This document shows, piece by piece, positions 54,608 to 64,000 of a stretch of DNA of 64,000 bases (within the stretch, counting starts at the first letter, position 1; every line of letters starts with the position of its first letter). Source of the DNA: Paramecium tetraurelia (Eukaryota); the NCBI GenBank assembly GCA_000165425.1, contig CT868649.1, positions 248,001 through 312,000 on the forward strand. Reading direction: 5' to 3'. The position numbers and the translations under genes are program-made. The notes below the pieces were generated by a model. It did no database searches. It saw nothing but the letters and a program-made list of their open reading frames with translations, and was not told where the DNA came from.

Positions 54608-55126
54608 TATTAAATATTAATAAAATAGAGGACATACATATTTTATTTAGTGTAACACTTAAGACATAATATTTCCTAAGTTAAGTATTTTTACATTTCC
54701 AAATTTATCAAATAAAAATATATATTTTAAAGTAAGAAGGCCGATGGAAATATGTTTGATTATATAAATAAATAATATAGGAAATAAACTTTAACTTCCA
54801 TTACTTGAGAACTTTCATAAATCTACTTATAGATGTAGGAAAAGAGTTTATTCGTCCTATTAAATACTTCTATGAATCCTGTTGCTCAGTTTGAAAGCGG
54901 TAGTGCAAGGAGATTATAACTTAGAATTTAATTGATATAAGTTTTTAATTGTTATTTATTTATTTATTTAATGCTTATAATTTATGATATTAGCCTTATG
55001 ATTATTTTTATTCTGTTAAAAATAAGAATTTAGTTTTTTTACAAATACTTATTGATAATTAGCATGTTATAATAATTTAAGAATATTATTGTATTTTTAT
55101 ATGTAAATGTACAACCAAATTGATCA

Positions 55127-58381
<3,255 letters not shown>

Positions 58382-58475
58382 AAAATAAATATCTTTTTTT
58401 ATAAACAATATATTCCTATTTATACAATTAATTCAAAAGAAATCTTTGCTATATAATTTATTTTAAATATTTGTT

Positions 58476-59977
58476 ATGAGAACTGCAAATTCAAATTAAG
58501 GGTAATCGACTCTCCCAGATTCTAATGAAATTAATGAGTACATCAGGGAGTACTTGAGATACTCAAACTATTCCAATACCCTGGAATGCTTTGATGCAGA
58601 AATAAAGAGTAAATAGGTCTCCAATAAAGTAGATAATTAAATTACTATTCTAGATGCTAAACAAATAATAAGTTATCAAATAAACAGGGGAGGATATGCC
58701 TCGCATATTTTAATTGCTAAAAAGCGATAATAACAAAACAAAAAGAGAAATCAACTTGGAGAAGGAGTAAAAGTAATTTAATAAAAAATACCAATAAATT
58801 CTGTAAGCAGGCAGACAAATATTTTCAGTTAGCATAAATTTGTTACAATTATTGCATTCATTAAAAGAGACAGCTAAAAATGAAAATCTAAGCGAAACTT
58901 TAGAAAACTATAAAATATAATTGGGAAAATACCATAAAGTTATTATAAATGAAGGGAAGCCAGAAGGCACAGAATTGATTACTGAATAAGTCATGCATGA
59001 ACATAAAACTAAGCTATTTAAAAACTACTAGGATAAACATGTAGATGGAATGATAGAGGTTTTGTTATCATTGAGAGTAAATGCGTTATAAATTGCACCA
59101 GAATTAAGAAAAAACTTAGTCTATGAATTGATAAGAAATGATGTATTTAACATTGAAGCCACAGACAAATTTGATTTCGTTGTTCATTTGTTGGATATCA
59201 ATAATCAAAGTCTCAGACATGCAATAACTAGTTTAATCAGTGTGATTAGCAGCACATTGAGAGGCGTTGAGTACTTAACTTATAATGGAAATATGATAAT
59301 CATTGAAAAGATTATAAAAATCTTAAAAGAACAGGAAAACGGTTCAGTAACACAGAGATTCTGTTTAGCCATTTTATAGAAAGCAAGTATTAAAGATACA
59401 GTTATTCCAACTTACGTTCAAAATGAGATGATCTAATGGATTATTAATCTCATTCAAAAGTCAGTTAATAGCAAAATTCACGTATTTTGTCTTGATTTTG
59501 CTTCAGCTACATTAGCTAATATCATTCATACTCCTTATACCTTGCAATATTTAGAACATCAACCACGATTTGCTCATTAAGTAATGGAGTAATTGTTAAA
59601 GTTTATAAAAGATTAGATATAAGTGTCAGTACTTATGCATGTTTTGATTTGTTTATCTTATTTAAGTAAGGAGAACTTTGCTAAATAAATGGAAGAATGT
59701 AGATTCGTGGATAGAATAAGCTAATTTGTTGAATTTTATAGTGTCATTAATACTGGTATAAATAGAAATGATATTTTTCATAGAAAATGAAGCAGCAGAA
59801 ATTGATAAAAAAACAGTTTTAGATTTATGTGCTCATATGTTTCATCCGAAAGATACTTCTTTAGATAATTCTGAAACTCTAGAGTTAAATGAACTAAAAA
59901 CTGAGGATAGAATCAGAGAATACGAGAATGAGTAAGGGGAATTAATCTTTGAATGTTTTCAAGATGAAGTTAGTTGA
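58476..59977 (+). CDS. ARMC9: LisH domain / armadillo protein, ARMC9-like
   Basis: EINEYIREYLRYSNYSNTLECFDAE (LisH); ELIRNDVF, GVEYL, SVTQRFCLAILQKAS, FCLDFASATLANI. Confidence 0.72.
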
Positions 59978-60224
59978 ATATTTATTTTTATATATTTATT
60001 TAAAATTGGATTATATTTTTGATAAAATTATTATTTGGTTTTTTATCTTATACATTTATTACTCTAATCGATATTTCATTTTGGAAGCATTTGAGCTTTC
60101 TTGCAAAAATTCAAAATTATTTTTCCTAAAATATATCACTCCAGGAAATTTATTTTTCTCAATTATTAAACACGACTGATGCTAAATTTTACACTAATTT
60201 TTATTTTACCTAATTGTCTTATCT

Positions 60225-60811
60225 ATGCAATTTCCGTAATCAGACAAGGATTGCCAATCAGAGCTACCTTCGAGCTTAAAAACTGCTGACTTCAAAAAGA
60301 GAAAACCCATTGATTCAGATACGAAAACTAACTTGATACTTAGTGTAGTCAAAGATCATTTGCCAATATATTAGGTATTATAGTATCTCCATATTTTTAG
60401 GCAGCGATTATACATAAAGTTAAATATTCATCAGCTAAACACATTTTAAGAAATTACTACAGTGATACTGCTAATTACTTTTCTCTTCAAAAAAAGAGAA
60501 GAAGAAAGATACTTTGCTGTGGTGTCTCCGCTTTAATAGAAATTAACAGTGGAAACATTGCTTTAACTTACCAAGGGGGTTCTACAATCCCCTTTATTAA
60601 AAATGGAGTTAATGCACAAATCAAATAAAAGGTAATTGATCATTTGAGTGTTTCAATACACAAAAATATATGTAACTTGAATTTCAAGAGGTTAAATAAG
60701 AAAGCGAGAATAGACCCAATTAAACACTTGAATAGTATAGAAAAAATAGAAAACAAAGTTAAATTTCTCATCTAGACACTTGAAAAATAACATCAAGAAA
60801 TGATATAATGA
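60225..60811 (+). CDS. Small helix-turn-helix (homeodomain-like) protein
   Basis: KRKPIDSDTKTNLILSVV...PIYQ[intron]AAIIHKVKYSSAKHILRNY, followed by basic KKRRRK. Confidence 0.65.
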
Positions 60812-61322
60812 TAAATTACAAATTATCTTTCATCAATTACACATTTTCTCTCCCTCTCGAATTTCTTAATACCTTTTAAATATTTGACAAAAAGATTTTC
60901 AAAAAATGTATAAAAAATGATTTATTTTTAAATACTAATTAATGTATACATGTATAACTATTTTTAAATTTTTTGTAAAAGAATTTAGGTTTGAAGGCAT
61001 CTTTTAGTTTCATGCTGGTTTACAAATTATAATAAAATTTAACCCTTAAAACTCACTAAGCATATTTAAAAATCGTTATTTGAGCCTAGTTAAAACATAT
61101 TAATATTGATACTTATGAATATTACGATTCCACCACAATTGCCATAAACATTTATAAATATCTTTTATGTATAAGTTTGTAACTTATTTTTCGAATTAAT
61201 CTGTAATTAAAAGTTTACGAACAAAGCATAAAAGAAATTTATACTTATGTTATTTTTTAATAATTAAATACAATTTTAACACATACTTCTTAAAAAGAAA
61301 TTAATTTTAGATAAAATAATAA

Positions 61323-63134
61323 TCATTATGATTGTTTAGTCTTGAGTCTATAATAGTTATTTTACAATACTAGAGGTAAGCATGTTGTAAAATAAAATTT
61401 TGATTTTTGGGTATTATCCAAGTCGAATTTGCTAGATGGACTTGTTTAAAATCTTTAATTAGAAGACGTTTAAGTGGGATACCTTCTTATATGATAACTA
61501 ATATTTTCTAAAGCAGTTCCTAATGCTCCAGGAGTTGATGTATGTTTCTTCATTTGTTGCCTATTTTTATTTTTCTATTTTAATGATTGTTATATGATTA
61601 ATTCTTCTGTTTTTTATCTGGAATGTTTAACAGATTAAGCTGATATTAAAAGTTTATTTAAGTAGGCTTACTCAGATTCGGCAGGGTTATCTAATGTTAA
61701 CGTTTGTTCTCTTAATCTATTGTCGTCTAATTTGATTCTGCTACTAATTTTTAAAATTTAACTAGTGCTATTGAATAAAATCCTTTATTAGTTTTCTTAA
61801 ATTTGAAGTAGATTTTGTGGTTTCAAGAATGATTTATTTTAAGTTCTTTCAAGTAAATTTATTTTTTCAGTTTGATCAATAAAATTTTTTTCATAAACCC
61901 TTATTTACTATAGGATCTATTTTAATTTTCTGTCATTTAGAGATATTAAACTTTTATTTAAATCAGGGTCGCAATTTAGGACCCTCATGAAATCTCTCTT
62001 AGAAACTGAATAAACATTGTTACTTTCAAAAGTGGAAACTAAACTAAACTGTCTACATAAATCTGGAGCTTTTAGGATCTCCAATTCTCCAAACATTTCT
62101 CCTGCTCCCAAGAATTTCAATGTCATAATTAACTTTTTATCACTGGCAATAAGATTTCCATACTTTTTTTTCTGGTATAATTTATCAATTTTTTCTTGAT
62201 TTGTTAATGAAGGTTTATTGTATGCAAATTATTGTTTCAGAAATTCTACATCATCATCAATTTATTCATAATTATTAGAGTGTTCCTTATTCGTTCTTAA
62301 ACATTTGATAACCTAAAGATTTTTGGAAGTAGTTACTTTAAATTCACCTGTTTGTATAAAATAAACTTCATTGGCTGGATCACCTTCTTTATAAACTGTG
62401 TGATTTAATCTAAATTTATTCAATTTCATAACATCAAATAAAGATTTGATACTCATAAACTTCCAGTCCTTGAAAATAGAGAGTTTTGCAAATTCTTCAA
62501 AATACAACTGTCTTTATTAATTTATCTTTTGGATAAGTAAAATATGTTACCACTGTTTTTTTGATTACCATATAATCCTCTGCATCTAACACTGCTAAGT
62601 GAGTAGGAATTACAGCAGTAATAGAAGCTGATCTGGGTTCATTATTCTCTAAAGCAAGTTCACCAAAGGCTTAACCATCGTTCATTTGGATTAACTCTTT
62701 TTCTTAATAGCAATCTCCAACAAACATTCTTTTATGAATTGACACTCTACCTTACAATATGATATAGAATGTAGTTCCCACGTCCCCTTAAATATATTTA
62801 ACATTAGCTAACCTTCTCTAAATAGAGTTTCTCCCTTTTTTAGAGATGTGTAACTCATTTTTCTCAGACATCTCTCCCATAACAGTACTCCTTAATCTTT
62901 CTCAAGCAATTTCTAAAAATAAACGATATGTTTTGTTGCTTTCTTCAAAATCTCAATCTCATATTATGTTCTATGATATGAAGATTTAGTAAGTATTATA
63001 ACGACTATTCCAAATATTTAATCCTGATTCAGATTCTCATAAATTTATGGTTCTTATTCCATTTATAAGATATACTGCTTTAATTCTTTAATCTCATCTT
63101 CTTTTAATAAATGAACATTTTATGAGTTTTTCAT
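61323..63134 (-). CDS. Protein with two cyclic nucleotide-binding domains
   Basis: GQAFGELALENNEPRSASITA; VYKEGDPANEVYFIQTGEF; GEMFGELEIL. Confidence 0.88.
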
Positions 63135-64000
63135 TAAATTAATTATATTATAATTATAAATGCAATTAAACTATAATCTATCATTTTGATGCAACACTTT
63201 CTTTTTATATTCTCCTAAGTAAGATTAACATATTATTACAGTCATATATAAATTATAGGAAATTTAAATTACTAACCAAATAATTTATCAATTATTTTGA
63301 TTAAAATTGATTATTAATTGAATTTCAATGAACAACCTCTTTCTTCTTAAAATAATTTATTGAATATGTTTGTATTTTATTCTGACACGTTTTCAAATTC
63401 AAATTATTAAATTAGATATTAGATCTTATGCAAACACAAATAATTTATTAAAGTATCTTTTGAGTAATTATTACACATATGATGGGCGCGGTTTAGAGAT
63501 TTGAATTATTGGGTAAATTATTTACTAATACTAGATTTAATTTAGAATAATATTTAATTTTGCAAAAAATGGTTTCAAAATTTTAGATATATTATTAATA
63601 CCAAATCATGGCTTTATTCTAAATTATCTACTCCACACTCTAAAATAACCATTTACTTTTACAACTCATCATGACTAAAAGAATAAGAAAAGCATTATAA
63701 TAGACTTATCAAAAGATATCAAGTGAATGGGGGGATATAATTTATTTCATGCTACACAGAAGAGAATAATCTATTCTGATTAAAATGATAATTATAAAAT
63801 ATTAATCAACTAATTGATTTTATGGGATCAAAAATATGGAATAGAAGTTTTACTTTATTCCCAAGGTTGTAGTTCTTCTGTTATAGTTGGTTCTGTAATA
63901 TTAATTTTAGAAGTGAATTATTTATTCATTTTTAAAGGATTTGACAATTAAGGGAGTACGACATTTTAATATGCTTTATAAGGTTTCGACTGTGTTTTAA

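Noticed and set aside
63570..64000. Possible gene start at the window end
   Set aside because: All plus-strand frames hit TGA early and no homology was recognisable

Overview
AT-rich, gene-dense eukaryotic DNA read with the ciliate nuclear code (TAA/TAG = Gln, TGA the only stop) and interrupted by tiny (about 21-31 nt) GT..AG introns. This is characteristic of a Paramecium macronuclear chromosome, and it makes the supplied standard-code ORF track fragmentary. By hand translation I find about 35 protein genes, one tRNA-Pro(UGG) and one disrupted penicillin-amidase-like gene. Recognisable genes include GluRS, SepSecS, MSH6, NNT, Kish, ARMC9, a LIN54/TSO1-type CRC protein, a Mei2-like RRM protein, a BAH-PHD reader, three tandem TauE transporters, four kinases, a trichocyst matrix protein-like gene and a Ubl-VWA-E2 fusion. 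The most notable observations are: an Amt-family transporter with both pore histidines and the Phe gate replaced; a pyruvate kinase homolog lacking nearly all catalytic and metal-binding residues; two dissimilar intronless genes sharing an MG..C / SILK / RVxF layout (putative membrane PP1 adaptors); two candidate p53/Ig-fold DNA-binding proteins; and divergent gene pairs only 25-27 bp apart. All calls come from manual translation and motif recall, with no database search, and several gene ends are approximate.
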